A stretch of 64,000 nt of DNA, from NCBI GenBank assembly GCA_002633005.1, contig NMRA01000002.1:1212077-1276076 (forward strand). Direction: 5' to 3'. Source of the DNA: Phoronis australis (taxonomy: Eukaryota > Animalia > Phoronida). Positions within the stretch are counted from its first letter, which is position 1; each line of letters starts with the position of its first letter. The notes beneath the pieces were generated by a model. It did no database searches and was not told the DNA's origin. It saw nothing but the letters and a program-made list of their open reading frames with translations. Of the stretch, positions 37,601 to 52,600 are shown piece by piece. Position numbers and translations under genes: made by a program.

Positions 37601-40600
37601 GTCGGGGCACGGTAAGCAAACTTTCTACACAGGAATGTTGTTTTTATTCAGTAACTGAAGTAATGCTTTTACATAGGCGGCGGACAAGGGGCAGGAAGAG
37701 GGGATTAAATATCCCTAGAATAAAAAAGAATCGACATACGAAATGCTTCATGAAAATACTGAAGTATATTTGAAAACTTGTTGCAGGTTAATGAAGTAAA
37801 GAGCCAATTGTCCTCTGTAATGTTTATTGCATACTTTAGTCTATTATAGAACGATTTTGTCTCATTAAATGCTACTCACAAACTATTCACTATTTGGGAA
37901 GTTTGTGAGTGAGCTTTATTAAGACGATTTTATGAAGCGAAACGTGTATCATATTATTAAATGACTGAAATATTTAAAGCTGAATTTCGCCCTGTTTTTA
38001 AACTTGCTAAAAATGAAAATCGAATTGGGCACGGGCTAATTCTATTTCGTTTTCAGCCAGTTAAACACGAAAATCGAATTGGGTCTTTTATGAGCGTAAA
38101 AGGCCTAATATAAGATTTTCGTTTTTTTCCAAGCCCTTTTACTCACATAAAGCCAGTCTCATATTTTACCCTCTGACACAGTGCCACCTACCTGTACCTT
38201 TCGTAGCACTGTGAAAGAGTGTAATGACACTCCTTGCCCTGATCACAGGCGTCCTCAGGACGCCTGTGACCGTGATAGGGTTCTACTTCCGTTACCAACT
38301 AGAACATCGAAGTCATCAGCTACTCAAGAAAGCGTTGAGAATTTATTGAGGTTGGCCAACCCTAAAAGTGCAAATTCGAAAGTGTCGCGTGTACGCAATG
38401 TTTGTGACTTGAGTTTGTTACAGAAATTGAATAATGTCACTGCAAGGAATTTACGAGGCTGGTTTTATGAGAGCAAAAGATCCAATTCGATTTTCTCTTC
38501 TGACCAGCTAAACAGGGCGAAATGCAGTCTGTGATCGTTTTTGATATGATTAAAACGATTTGCACTGGCCTATGTGATGCTGTTGCGAAACTGACTCGCA
38601 AAAAACAGAACACACCAAAACTGTGTCACTAGCTGGCATCATAGATTATAGACAACTACAGCCGATTTCATAAAGGTGGTTTAAAGTTAAACCAGGTTTA
38701 AACTGGACTTAGACCAGGTTTAATGATAATCTGCATTTCATAAAGGTGGTTTAACTTTTAGACCAGTGGTCTTGTAAAACCTGGTTTAACTCCAGTATAG
38801 ACCTGGTCTAAGTCAGTTTTCATTTCACCAACGATGTCTATATTCTTTAGACCTGTATTAAGATCTTAAACCATGTTTAACTTTAGACTTGGTCAGACCC
38901 AGGTTTAACTGTTAAATATGTCAGACTTGCATGGTATAGGTACAACTGAATGATGGCGCGGTGTGCAATTGCGACGCAGTTTTAGAGCGAAAATGGACTA
39001 TTTTCATTATTCAGGTTTACTACGACACGAGACCAAACGTAGCAGGGGCGGATCCAGGATTTTTAAAGGAGAGGGGACGGTCAAGGACTTTTTGAAAGGG
39101 GGNCCACCTACCTGTACCTTTCGTAGCACTGTGAAAGAGTGAAATGATATTCCTTACCGTGATAGGGTTCTACTTCCGTTACCAACTAGAACATCGAAGT
39201 CATCAGCTACTCAAGAAAGCGTTGAGAATTTATTGAGGTTGGCCAACCCTAAAAGTGTAAATTCGAAAGTGTCGCGTGTATGCAATGTTTATGACTTGAG
39301 TTGTTGAATAATGTCACAGTAAGGAATTTACGAGGCTGGTTTTATGAGAGCAAAAGATCCAATTCGATTTTCTCTTCTGACCAGCTAAACAGGGCGAAAT
39401 GCAGTCTGTGATCGTTTTTGATATGTTTAAAACGATTTGCACAGGCCTATGTGATGCTGTTGCGAAACTGACTCGCAAAAAACAGAACACACCAAAACTG
39501 TGTCACTAGCTGGCATGAACACGAGTGTGACTTTGAATAAGAACTGTTTGGATGAGTCTGCGTCGATGTGTAGAAAACACAATGTCCCCTACTAGAAGGC
39601 GACGATGAGTACGCATGAAATTCAGAAGACGAAACCTCATTTCGACTCGTACGCTGCCAAACTGCGCGGGTTTAGGTTTCTAGGACAGTGCTCGATGCTT
39701 GGCCAACCCGCCAAATGCCACCAAGCGAAAATCCTAGGTCGCCATGCAAGGCCAATTGAAAATTGAAGTCGATAAAACTTAGTAGAAAACCGCGAGAAAA
39801 CCGTCGAGTCATTGTTAGTATCATTAAAAACCCCTTTTCTCGAGTAAATATACCCCATTCAATCTCTAACTCAGTTCCTTATCAACGGAGAACGCAAATG
39901 ATGCTTGGATTCATTGGTGGCGCATGTTTCTCGGCCCGATTTTTGCCGAACAATTCCGACATCCTTCTATTTACTTCCTGTTGTAAGTTAGCGCGTGTTA
40001 ACCAAAGGTGTGGAATCTAGGGAAAGTGTTATTGATTTAACGTTTGGAAGTTACCACAAATTTTGACACGAATTTCGGGTGAATTATTGTGTGACTTTGA
40101 AACTGCTGTGGCGACTTGGGAGTTTTTCTAGACCTAGTAACTAGTTCGCCTAACAAGATCAATCTAAAGTCGCATTTGGCGGGCGGTAAGCCAAATCGAG
40201 CAAGGAGACGACGGCATCTCCCCGTTTTCTAACGGATTCAATCTTTCGAACTTCTCGTTTTTGCAGATTATGTGTATATATAAACGAGAATGGTAATATT
40301 TCATAGACACCCTTAATAATCACATGAACAAGGTACAGTTTTTATTATTTGTTTATTTCATTATAAAATAACGATTGCATAATATTTGGAATAACTAGGG
40401 TCTTTTATATGTTCACATTTGTTTTTAGTGTATCAGGACTATCAGGTGTGGTGTTTTCTTTAAAATTGCAATTTATTTACAAATTGTTTTTTCTGATTAT
40501 ACTTGTACATACAGGTCTTAAGGAAGTCATTAGCTAGTGCTTGATACAAATTTAAGAATTCACATGGTTTTAATGAGACATAGCGTCTTTAAATTATGAG

Positions 40601-43600
40601 CCTACATGAAATAGAGGGTGCTTATTGCCGTCATCACTGCCTGACTATATTGGCGTCCATCCATGCAGCCACCTCTCCATTTATAATAAAATTGTCATGA
40701 ATCTTAACTTGTATTTTTTTACTTGAGATAGGACAGCACCCGTAAATGCTCGCAACAAACTAACTTGGCGAAAATTACCCATTTGCGAGCAACATGTCTG
40801 TCCGACTAAATCGCTAAAGTTATCGCCACTAAAAACTGCCGGTATTTTTGTCACTCATGTGAACTTAGTATTTTGGTAACATGATGACAAATAGAGACTG
40901 TCGTAACATTAGAAAAAGTGTCATCTGTTATTCTGAAGTGTTATTATACTGGATCATATCTACCCTTACTGGACTGTCTTGACTAGGTTGATGTCTTTTG
41001 TAGTCTCCTTCAGTGCTCTGCAAATTTAGCTCCCTGGTCAGCTAATAGAAACAGAAAACAACTTGTGACTAAAGCCTCACATATTTCAAATAGAGTGCAG
41101 ATTTGCCCTTTTGCAATTCTGTTATAAATTTCAGCACTGTTGTCATGTGCTATCCATGTATATAAGTTACCGTAATAAATAATGTCGAAATGCCAGATGA
41201 GATATACTATGGAGCAAGTGACATTTGAAATAAGGAGATGGATTTGTGGCACTTGTTGGTGCTTGGACTAACTTTTGATAATAGGTCAATGTCAAATATG
41301 TTTTCGTGTCCAGTCTCTGACATTACAAGATAATTTTTGGCCTATTCCCTAATTGATTTTTTTGTCCCTCTGTGTTCTGGTGAATACTATGCTATTGTTG
41401 TGAAATGCTGTATGAATGGTCCTTATGACTCCAGTTGGCTTTGTTGATTTTTGATTGATCATGCCTCTTCTTTGGTAGATAAAGGAAATCTTTAAACTGT
41501 TAATCAGGAATTAGTCATGATTAAAGGTATCCCATACCTGATTTTGTCGTATTGACAGATTCTAAAAACTACTTTCCCATCCATTTCTCTGAAAGAAAAT
41601 AATGATTTGTAACCTTCAACAACCCTCAAAAGTTTGGAGGAAAATTTGAAAACTCCTTTTAAAGTCTGATAAACAGCCAGGCGTGACCTGTTCGTTTTGA
41701 ACGAATTACATGGCAACTGTGGAAAAAGATCACCCACCAAGAACTAATCCGTGTCATAGAACTATGAGTTCTTAGTTCATTCCTGCCTTTAACTGAGAAG
41801 GTTGATGCCAATGGTGCATTGCAGGTGACAAAAAAGAGGATTGGTTGAAACCATCAAAACAGGGTTTAGTATCCCTTTAAACATTGAGGCTAAATTATTT
41901 GATAATTTTGCTACATATTTTACCTTATTGTTTCTGTCTAACATAATAGACTGATTATTAAAGTTATCATGCGCCGCGCATTGCTCTTATAATATAATGT
42001 GTGACTGGTTGCGCAACATGATTTACTGAACACAGAGTTAGTGCCAAGCTCAAGAGCCCAGTTGTTTTACCTCGGGTGCGCGTATTCCCAACTTATGGCT
42101 TCCTACTATTAACAGGTGTGAGGGTAGTCTTATCAGTACCTGTTAATGCTGCTAAGGAGTTCAAGGCTGTTCATGTTTGCTAATTCGTTTAGTCAACAGT
42201 TAAACAATTATGCTGTATGTTAGCATTGGTCTTTGTTTTCGGGGATTGTTTTTGTTTGACATACCCGTTGTCTGAGCACAGCTAGACCATTAATGGTAGT
42301 CTTGTTGGCATTAAGATATTATGGTATTGCACACAAGGACAGTAACTAAATGTGCCTGTGGACTTTTTAATGTGATTTTTTGTTACGAAAGTTGCATATA
42401 ATGTGTAACGGTTTGCTTAAAGGGACAAAATTTCAGTGTTTCTATTACATGCACTTCATGGATTCCCATGGTGACATTTTTGTATTAAATAGTAGAGTAT
42501 ATATTAATAATAATGATTGTGGATAAAAGGAAAACAGTACAGTTTGCAATATCTTGGCAAACGGGCAACATCCAGATATCTAGAGAACGACTGGAGGGTG
42601 GCTCTGTGTGGTTTGATTTATGACCGTAAAAATATGTCTGCTTAAGTAGGTTACCACTGGTTACTGAGTATAATGTTCCGGTCAAAAGATTCCCTATGAC
42701 ATGTTACCCACATTAAAACTGGATATCAATAATTTACAAGTGAGAGAAAATGACATAATTATATGGTGATTAGTGAATTAAAGATGTTGTTTTTAGCGAA
42801 ATTGTACGTGTTATTTTTCACAGCGTAATAAATGTCTGTATAATGCGGTTTGTTGAATGTGCGATTAATGCACGTCCTCATTCAAGTATTCAGTTTTCAC
42901 GTGAGGTGACGTCAGGTGCTGAGTGGCTCCGTAGATAAGGCGAGGGCTGTCATTACACGAAACTTGAATGAACACATGACTTGTTCAAATCCAGCCTCAG
43001 GTTCCCGCCAAAATGTTAATCAGCAGGCGTTGATTAACAAAATGGGTAAATCAGCGGTGTAATGGTCATGTCAGTTTGATTATGTGGCATAAGATAGCAT
43101 ATTGGATACCTGTTGGTATACGATTACTATTAGAGCAGCATGTGAATACTTACTTATTTACTTGAATGTATAACAGTTTATAATATATGTATAATTATGC
43201 TCCCTGAGTTACCATTCTCTTGTGTTATGTTTGGTTTCATCAAGGTAATTTAAGTTTTATTAAAACTTCTTTGATTGATTCCAGGATAGGAAAAGTCATT
43301 GATAAACTTGAGCCTGTGTTGATGTCAAAGAATACAAAAAATGTTCTTAAAAATCTTCCTGAGAACGTCAAGACAATCCAGGCCATTAACAAAGTATTGG
43401 AAAAGAAGGAGGTCCAAGATTTTATTGGTGAGCTGTTACTTAATATTATGCACTTAAAATTAATTGTTAACCTTTCAGAACTTGTCTTACTTGTGTGCTG
43501 TTCAAGGACTAAATACGTTTGAACAACTTTTTCTAAAACCAGCTGGAATTCTAACCAAGTGCTCAGTCAGCAACCTTTTTCAAGAGCAGTCTCCTGGTTT

Positions 43601-46600
43601 CAATCTTCACTCATTCTAGACCAATGTATTGTCCTGTAACAGGGCTGTACAAGGTACTTTGTATTACGGTAAAATCTCACCAATTAAGGACGCACTAAGT
43701 GGACAAGTGAAAGATATGTAACACCAAGTTAATGGCTTTCCATATTCAAGTTCTGTATCATAGACAAGCGCCACCCAGTCTATGGCTTTCCATATTTAAG
43801 TCCTGTAACATAAGCTAAAAGGGCCCAGTCTCTCAATAACTTTTTGCTCTTGCGACCTGGAGGTCAGCCATTTTGATGGTATTAAATTACTTGGGGAATA
43901 AAATTGAACTGAGTTGAGTCATCTCAGACATGCAATAGGAACAAAAGGTTTAAATTTATTTTTTTATTATTAAATTTATTATTTTTGTATAACATGAATC
44001 TCTCCTAATTCATTACTAACTTGACCAATTTTCAGCACTTCATTTGTTGTGTCAAATATTGTTTGAGACTTGACACTGACAGGTTTTCTTTTTAAGGAGT
44101 AAAAGCCATGGACAACGCTGGGAAGAATGAGTTTGTGATCTATTTTTATATCAAAATACGTCCCATGTCATACCTGTTCAGCTCGCTAAATGTCGCAAGT
44201 GTAAACAGTTATTGAAAAACTGGGATGCGTTTTGCGTACCATAGCTACAAACTGACAATGTTTTCAGAAATTGTGGGGATTCACAGCAATGTTAGAAGCC
44301 CTTTAAAAATTCGAACAGGCAATTTTGGCAATTATTTTTGTCTGACGGTGAGATTTTAGTGCAAAAACTGGCATAGAGCAACACTTAGTTTGAATGTTAA
44401 GTGTTTTTAATGATGATGTTAATAATTCTGGTTTTGTTTTTCCCTTTGTTTCATAAAAAAAAACAATATTCCAGAACACATCTATGGAATTTTAGATCTT
44501 TTCGACTCCAGCAAGCATTCACAAAATGGTTCTGTGTGTGAAAATGTTTTTTGAAGGAAGTTTTAAACCATTAATTATTTTTATTACTTACCAAACCTCC
44601 ATTTTTTCTCAATTGCTTTGCTGCAGATGCCAATATGACGCTGGGCCGTTTTTTCACCGACCCTAATGCAGTTGAAAAGTTCCTTGTGTCTGACCTCAGG
44701 GTCATGAAACGGGACGTGGTTAGATCTCTGATGGCGGCCACTGTTAATATGTCCAAGGTGAGAGGTTAGGTGGTTGTGTACACGGGGATGACGATGAGCT
44801 GAGAGGTGGGGTGGTTGCGTATGGAGATGAGGTGAGGGGTGATGAGGTTGTGTATGGGGACGAACGTGAGGTGAGGAATGACGTGGTTATGTATGGATAT
44901 GGATTGATAGATGTTTCATTTAGCCATTCATAGCGCAAACTGTCATGCATCTGTACAATTAAGTCATTCCTGCTTACTAAGTGCTGCTTCAAATGATATG
45001 ATGGGGATGAGGTGAGGGGTGGTGTGGTTGTGTACATGGATGAGGTGAGGGGTGGTGTGCCTGGTTGTGTTTAAGAATGAGGCGAGAGGTGATGTGTTCT
45101 GTATAGGACATTGCTGTGACACTTTTGTATGTCATAGGTCAGTCTTGTTTTTATGTTGGGTTTGACAGAAAAACAATTCAAGTTTTGAATTCAGGTGAGG
45201 TAACACTTTTAGTTTTACTTATGCGTACTATGTTCATGTAAGTCTCAAACTTGGTTACTATCACGTACTTGAGCCTGTAAAAGGGCGTGCTGTCTTGATC
45301 CAGTTTGCTTGATTCTAAATTGTGGTTCGTTTTCAGGTTATGGAGCTGATGGACACGCTGAGATTTAGAGAAATTGTTTGTAAGCCTGCACTGCTGGCCA
45401 GTTATTTGGTTTTCCCAGAGAAGACCAATGTTACTCTGATATCTCAGGAACTCTGCAACATTAATGACACCCTCATTCCATCTATAACCAAGACAATTCA
45501 AATGCAAATAAACATTGCTGAAATTATCAGATTGGTAGGTGTTGGTTAGTGCCCATTGTTTGTTGTTGTTAGAGGCTTGTGTTCATAGCTATTTGCCCAT
45601 TTATTAGAATAACCTGGCTAACAAACCTCCAGAAAACATTTTCTAAAATGGAATATTTTTCGAAAATTTTGTGCTTTCTATTCTTCAAGCGTTGAATTTA
45701 ATGATCGGTGGTATCTATGGAAATGAGTTGTCCGTGTTTGTATTTTTGACTTGAGTGTCTGTGACAGCTTGTAATATTTATTCTGCTTGGAAGATGATGA
45801 AGAACACGAACATAGTTGTGGTGGGATTCTGGGGACCGCTTGCAGTCATACTGCTGTTTGAGCACTCATAGTGCTATTATTATTAACTGTTGTTATTTGT
45901 ATTACTGTTATTGTTGTAACACTCTAGTGCTATTTTTACTACTAATGTTATTACTACAATAACTGATCCTCTCTTCAGGCGTCAGAGCTGAGTAATGTGT
46001 TTGGCAACTATACCTTGACTAGTCAGTTGAACGATGTAGCCACAATGGTGGACCTTCTGATGAAGTACACTCCCCTGAAGGTGGTGCTTCAACAGTTCCC
46101 GGAGCTGTCATTGCTTTCTCAGTGGTTGACAAATATTTTTGCCATCGTCACTGACTACAAACCATCGGAAAAACTGGACCTTACTTTGTAAGTGTTTCAT
46201 TGTTTGGTTTATGACCAATAGATAAAAAGACCTCTAGCATTCTTGTAATGGTGCTGCTGAACAGTTTTTGCTGGTTTTGGGCTTGGAAAACCAGGTCTTG
46301 GCAGTCTGGGCAGCTCCAATGGTCTGTTCCACAGAGCGTACAAAACCTGATGATATGCTTCAAAAACCTTGCTCAAAGCCTATTGAAACTAATTCTAAAG
46401 TCATTTTTTTCATCGTTAACGACTACCACAAGTGCAGCTGGCTAATTAAAAAACGAATAAACAATACACCAAATTAGTAGTTTTCACCCCAAAACCACCA
46501 TTTGCATGCAATTACTATGAACTGAGAGATTGTGCATTCACATTGTCAAGACTCTAGGTTACAGAAATCAGGTTAAAAATGGGTGTCCACCCGCCAGATT

Positions 46601-49600
46601 TTTCACAAATCAAAGTTTCTGAAGCGTACTTGAATTTCCTGTTAAATTTCAACTTCCTGCTTGGAAGCAGTAAAGGTTTAAGAAAAGCCACGACTGAGCA
46701 AAAAGTGGGTCAAGAGGTTAACTGGCAATCTTTCATACAAAAATCAAGCAATACCATTCGTAGCCTTCACATGCAGCACAAAGCATGCCCCAAATATTAA
46801 TGAAATTGGGGCATTAAATTCAACTGTGGCTCAAAAAAGTATTTAGTGCCACCTGATGACGCTTGATTAACAAAACATTTTGGATGCAATTATTGTTCAA
46901 TTTGAACATTTCAAGGTAAGTCTTTGCAAATGATTTACAAGCTCTTGTAATTTACCTTGGTGATAATAGGTAATGTTATTAATGAAAGTTTAAATTCATG
47001 TAAACAATGAATTTTTTTCAAACTGCACATAGTTATATTTGATGTCGACAACTGCGGACATCAGAATTAAATTAACTGGTGTGTAGTCCAGTTTGACTCG
47101 CACTCCTGTTGTTACTTTGACACGTAATACACATTTCTCTTTCTTGTACTATAGTTTATTATTTTTTAACAATGTAAAGCGCTTCTTTTTGTAAGGTGCT
47201 CTAAAGCACTGTTCATTTAATTGATATACATTATACGCGAGACATTATTACAGTTCAGGGTAACCTTTAAAGTACAAGAATGATTATTTTGAATTTGTCT
47301 TTTGAACCACTACTGAACATTGATTATCTGTTCATTTGCAGGCTGGGTAATGTGTTGGATGACCTCGACCCTCTCATTGTCAAGTGGACCAATAACAGCC
47401 AAGAATGGCAGGATATCAAAAAGACGTTCTACTATGCCAGTCAGCTGGTCACTTGGCTGACTCAGGGCATTGACTCACTGCCCCGCATGAGGCTCACATT
47501 TGGCATGCTGTTCCCAAACACTACCAGTATAAAGGAGTACATTACTAAGAGCAGTCAGGTGACCCCAGAGGTTGTAGAGGCCCTGCTGGGAGCAACTATA
47601 GACCGGGCAAAGGTAGGAATGGAATGTGAATGAGAATTGCATTGAAATAAATTGAGATTTGCTCATTTCTTAAGCTTTCATGCGATATATAAAAATTTTG
47701 TAGCTGATCTGTTTGGAGAGCACTGACTGTTTATTCATGTGATTGCAAAAAGTGACTCCCAATGGACTGGGAGTTTACTCGATGCACATGAGTTTGGTGG
47801 CTTTTCACTTCAGGTATACCTTTTATTTAATTTTTTGCCACTTGCCAATGATGATTGACAACCTCATTTCCCATTTGTTGACCTTGGAATTTTGGCGGGT
47901 GACATTTGGTCAGTTGATATTATGCTTAGCGTCAAACCCTGCTGTACCATGTATCTAACACGAACACATATTGTGTGTCTAACATGTAAACACATACTAT
48001 TGTCATGTATCTAGTGTGAAAACATATACTATATAATGTATCTAGTATGAAAACATATACTGTATCATGTATCTAGTGTGAAAACATATACTATATAATG
48101 TATCTAGTATGAAAACATATACTGTATCATGTATCTAATGTGAAAACATACTATATATTGTATCTAGTGTGGAAACATACTATATCATTTATCTAGTGTG
48201 GAAACATATACTATATAATGTATCTAGTATGAAAACATATACTGTATCATGTATCTAGTGTGAAAACATATACTATATAATGTATCTAGTATGAAAACAT
48301 ATACTGTATCATGTATCTAGTGTGAAAACATACTGTATATTGTATCTAGTGTGGAAACATACTATATCATTTATCTAGTGTGGAAACATACTATATAATG
48401 TATCTAACATGAAGACATATACTATATCTTGTGTCTAACATGTACACAATATTAGGTATATAACATGTAGACCTATACTACATTGTTTATGTAACGTTTA
48501 GAACAGCTTCTTATTTAATTTGCACTTTTCTTATCTAGTAAAGTTTTACTTTTCATGCAAAAAAATGGGAACACCTAATCAGTTTCTATGTAAAATATGA
48601 TTATAATTGGGAACACCTGTGTCAATAGGGTGATCAACCAAGGCTATGTTTGAAACTAGGTACACCAAAGACAACAGAAGCGAACATGCTAGTGCAGGTC
48701 TAGCTATATAAATATAGGTGAACCCATCATGGCGGGTTTACTTACAGGGATATGTAAATGGTGGGTCTAGATAAATTTATATTGGTGGCCCCATTGGGAT
48801 AGGTTACTCCATATTTGTATAAGTGGACCCATCATGATGGATGGGTTTACTTATATTTGTATAGTTGGCCACATTGGTCCATCATTTGGACCCACGGATG
48901 CGGGATTCACTTTTAGGGATGAGTCCAGCTATGTTTATTTAGATAACCCGCCATGGCGGGATTCATACAGGTATTCCCACGATGGGTCCATCTATATCAT
49001 CTCTAGGAAACGTGATACATGATTAAGTAATGTTTAAATCGGGTGAGATAAAACTGGATGCATGAAATTTTACAGTGTCGTGAAAACAATATGTTGGTAC
49101 TAGCACAATGAGACTATAGAGATACTCTTAACACAACAATTACTCTCAGTGCTACAACTATATTTGGCTATTGTGTTGTTTTGGCAGCTACTCTTGCATA
49201 AGCTAGTGAAATGAACTGTTTAAGCAGTTTAACTGGAAATTAGCAGTCATTTAGCATTCTCCATATTAAACTAGCTGGATTTTGAGACCTTGCCACCATG
49301 TTTATGCACAAACCTTGGTGAAAATTAAACCAGTTTGTTTGAGGCATGTAATTGCTTGTTATATGAAATAATTTAGGCCTAAAGGTGGGGCCCTTTATTA
49401 ATATAGTGGGCCTGGCGTGAAGGCAGCTGAAGAACGTAGCCTCCTATATATGACTGTCATTTTAAGTTAAAATTATTCTCTTTGAATTAGCCTTATGATA
49501 ATGAGGTAACTATGTAAGGTAGGTCATTTCAAGCTATTAATTAAGCACGACTTTTATTGCTTGGTAAAATCTGGAGTATAGTTCTTGGTGAAATAGAATT

Positions 49601-52600
49601 TCTCCAAATCTGTTGCTTCATCGTCAAATGCTTTTTGTTGATTTATTTTTTTGTTAACACACTTACATGCCGCATTTGTATCTAATCAAAGTGGAATTTA
49701 CAAATAACATGTGTCTCATTAATAGCTCAAAGACTAATGGATTTGGTTAAAATCAAAGGAAAGGTGGTGTTGTGGCGGACACTTTTAAATATTTTATTTT
49801 GCAACCCATAGCTACACTGTTCCTGGAGGGATTTTTTGCGGATGGATCATTTTACAGATTATCAGCTATGGATCATTTGTTTTCTCTAGAACTCACCTTT
49901 CTGGACTGCTATCTAATTTAGTATGTACCATGTGCAGTTCACATGTTCACAGCATATTGCTTCGTATGTACAACATTCTAGCGTATTATTCATGTAACTT
50001 CTAGTGCTGTATTGTGATGACTCCACCCTGTGAGGCGAGTTTCCAGATTTCAGTGATCGGAAACTCAGGTTAAGCCAGATCGTTATTAGTGTGACAGCGA
50101 TAGTAAGGCGAGAAAGTTGACAAACCAATGTTTACATTGTCTACGTTCTTCTAGTAAGCTCATGTAATCCGACATTTAAATAGCGTACTAGACACTAACT
50201 GATACTTAAAAATACTATTTGCAAATAACTTTTACCAAATTCCATGAAGAAGATAAGTTATTTATGAAATACAATCACCAAAAAACCTAACAAATAAAAG
50301 CAGTTGACTTTCAGAGAAATCAGACTTAGGGGTTGTTTTATATCTTTAATCAAATGTGCTGAAAAGTTAGGATCCGAGAGTGCATTCCCAGCATGGACTT
50401 ACCTCAGATGTTGATTTTGTGCAAAAGGTCAGTCGGTGTATTTTGATTGAAAAAACATTGAATCAGTAGCAGAACACCAATATAGCTTAGATACTGAAGT
50501 TTGAAGTATTCTGAATTGATATCTTAGCCACAACAATCAATTTAATACTAGAAATTCAGAGTCTACGTCCATCACGTACGTTAGTCGACTCACATTACAT
50601 TGAGTTGTGTGACAAAAATTTGTGAGAGATATATTCACCAAAAAATTAGTACGTGGTACTCTTCAAACATTCCACTAAATCATCATAAAAATTGCAACTT
50701 CATACAACTCGCAGAAAATTAACGTTAATTTTTTTTCAAAAATTCAAATTCTCTGTGTACGTAGACATGTATCTATAGAACATATAGACTTATTAATGCA
50801 ACAGCCCTAGTGGATACACGCAAATGGAACGTCATGCTCAACAAAACTTTTCTCAAGGAAAATTTTTTGCTGAGATTCTTTGATATACTTATGAACTCAA
50901 CATGAAGACACATACTATCTAAAGTGTAGGCACAGTACACTATATCAGTTATCTAATGTGTCCACTTACAAAATATGTCATATTTCTTAACTTTCAGCTT
51001 CAAGCCCTGATCGGTAAGGCACAGGCGACTAACTCTAGTTTGAAACAGCTGCTCTGTGATGGTGACCATTACAGCCAAGTGATCACACTGCTTCCAACTG
51101 CTAACGTTGTTCTCATGAAGCGTGTCCAGTCCAGTTTGTGTGCCTTCAACTTCTCTGTTCTTAGCCAAGAGATTAATGATGCTTTCAAGATTGACACCAT
51201 TGTTAAACAGGTATGTGACTAACGTATAATGGTTATAATTAGAGAGATCATGCTTAGACCAACTGTAATTGTTCATTAAGAGCTAATCGATGAACGTAGT
51301 GGACTGTAATGAATGGTGAGGCCCAAATGTTGAGTTGCAGGCCCAGTGAGTTGAGTTTGGTCCTTGTTGTCGTATTAAGGTGATCATCACAGTTAGGAAG
51401 TAGAGCAACATGTAACAGCAGTCTTTTGGTGAATGTTTTGATTTAGTTTCTTTAACTTTCTCATCTCAACCAACACAGTATGTTCAGAGTTTTGAATAAC
51501 ATCTAATATTGAGTCAGCACAGTGGTATGTTCAGTTTGATGTGACAACTAATATTGAACCAACATCGTGATATATGTTCAAATTTTTGTGTGACAACTAA
51601 TATTGAACCACAGTGATATGTTCAAAGTTTTGTGTAATAACTAATATTGAACGAATATAGTGACATGTTATGTTTTATTTGACAACTAATAGTGAACAAA
51701 CACAGTGATATGTTCAGTTTTGTCTGACAACTAATACTGAACCAACACAGTGTTATGTTTTTTGTGACAACTAATATTTAACCAACACAGTGATATGTCC
51801 AGTTTTGTGTGGCAAGTAATATTGAACCAACACAGTGAGATGTCCAAGTTTATGTGAAACAACACAGTGATCAGTTTTGGGTGACAACTAATATTGAACA
51901 AACACAATCATAATGATATATGTTCACTTTTATGTGACAATATTGAATCAACACGGTGACATGTTCAAAGTTTTATGTGACAACCACTGGTAATATTGAA
52001 CCAACACAGTGATATGTTCAGTTTTGTGTGGCAACTAATATTGAACCAACAAAGTGGTACATGCAGAACTACTATAAAATAATGTTGAAGATTGTGTCTG
52101 ATGAGATTGGGTAAACACACTGAGGTACTTTACTTCTGTTACACCTGTGGCCAGGTATGCAAACTGGCTGTACAGGGAAGGGAGTTTTGCTACTAACAAT
52201 GCGTGGTTGACAGTGCGTGAAGTGGGTTATGTGCTACTTTTAATGTGTGGTTAAAAGTTGATGAATGGTGGAGACCTTTAACTTGTGTGAAAGTGAATGT
52301 ATTCTGCATGCGTTGAATGTTGAACTTCTGACAATGCATGTTTGCTATGGCGACATAAATAATTTTAGCCTGCTCGAGACACTCCAATGAATAGAATGCA
52401 AAGGATATTAGCTACTACAAAGCTTTATGTTTTATGTCCCAGTGTTATATTAAATGTTTATCCATTTAGTAGAACAAGTTTGAATATGAAACACGCTGCT
52501 TAGCACATGTTTTGAAATATTAAAGGCCAAACATATCTTGCGTGAAAACACTTGATGAGCTCCATTGAATATACATCACCTTGTTGTCCCTTATTCTCAA

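Noticed and set aside
41010-41760. Minus-strand ORFs in ABCA intron 3
   Set aside because: No motif recognised and no splice-consistent model.
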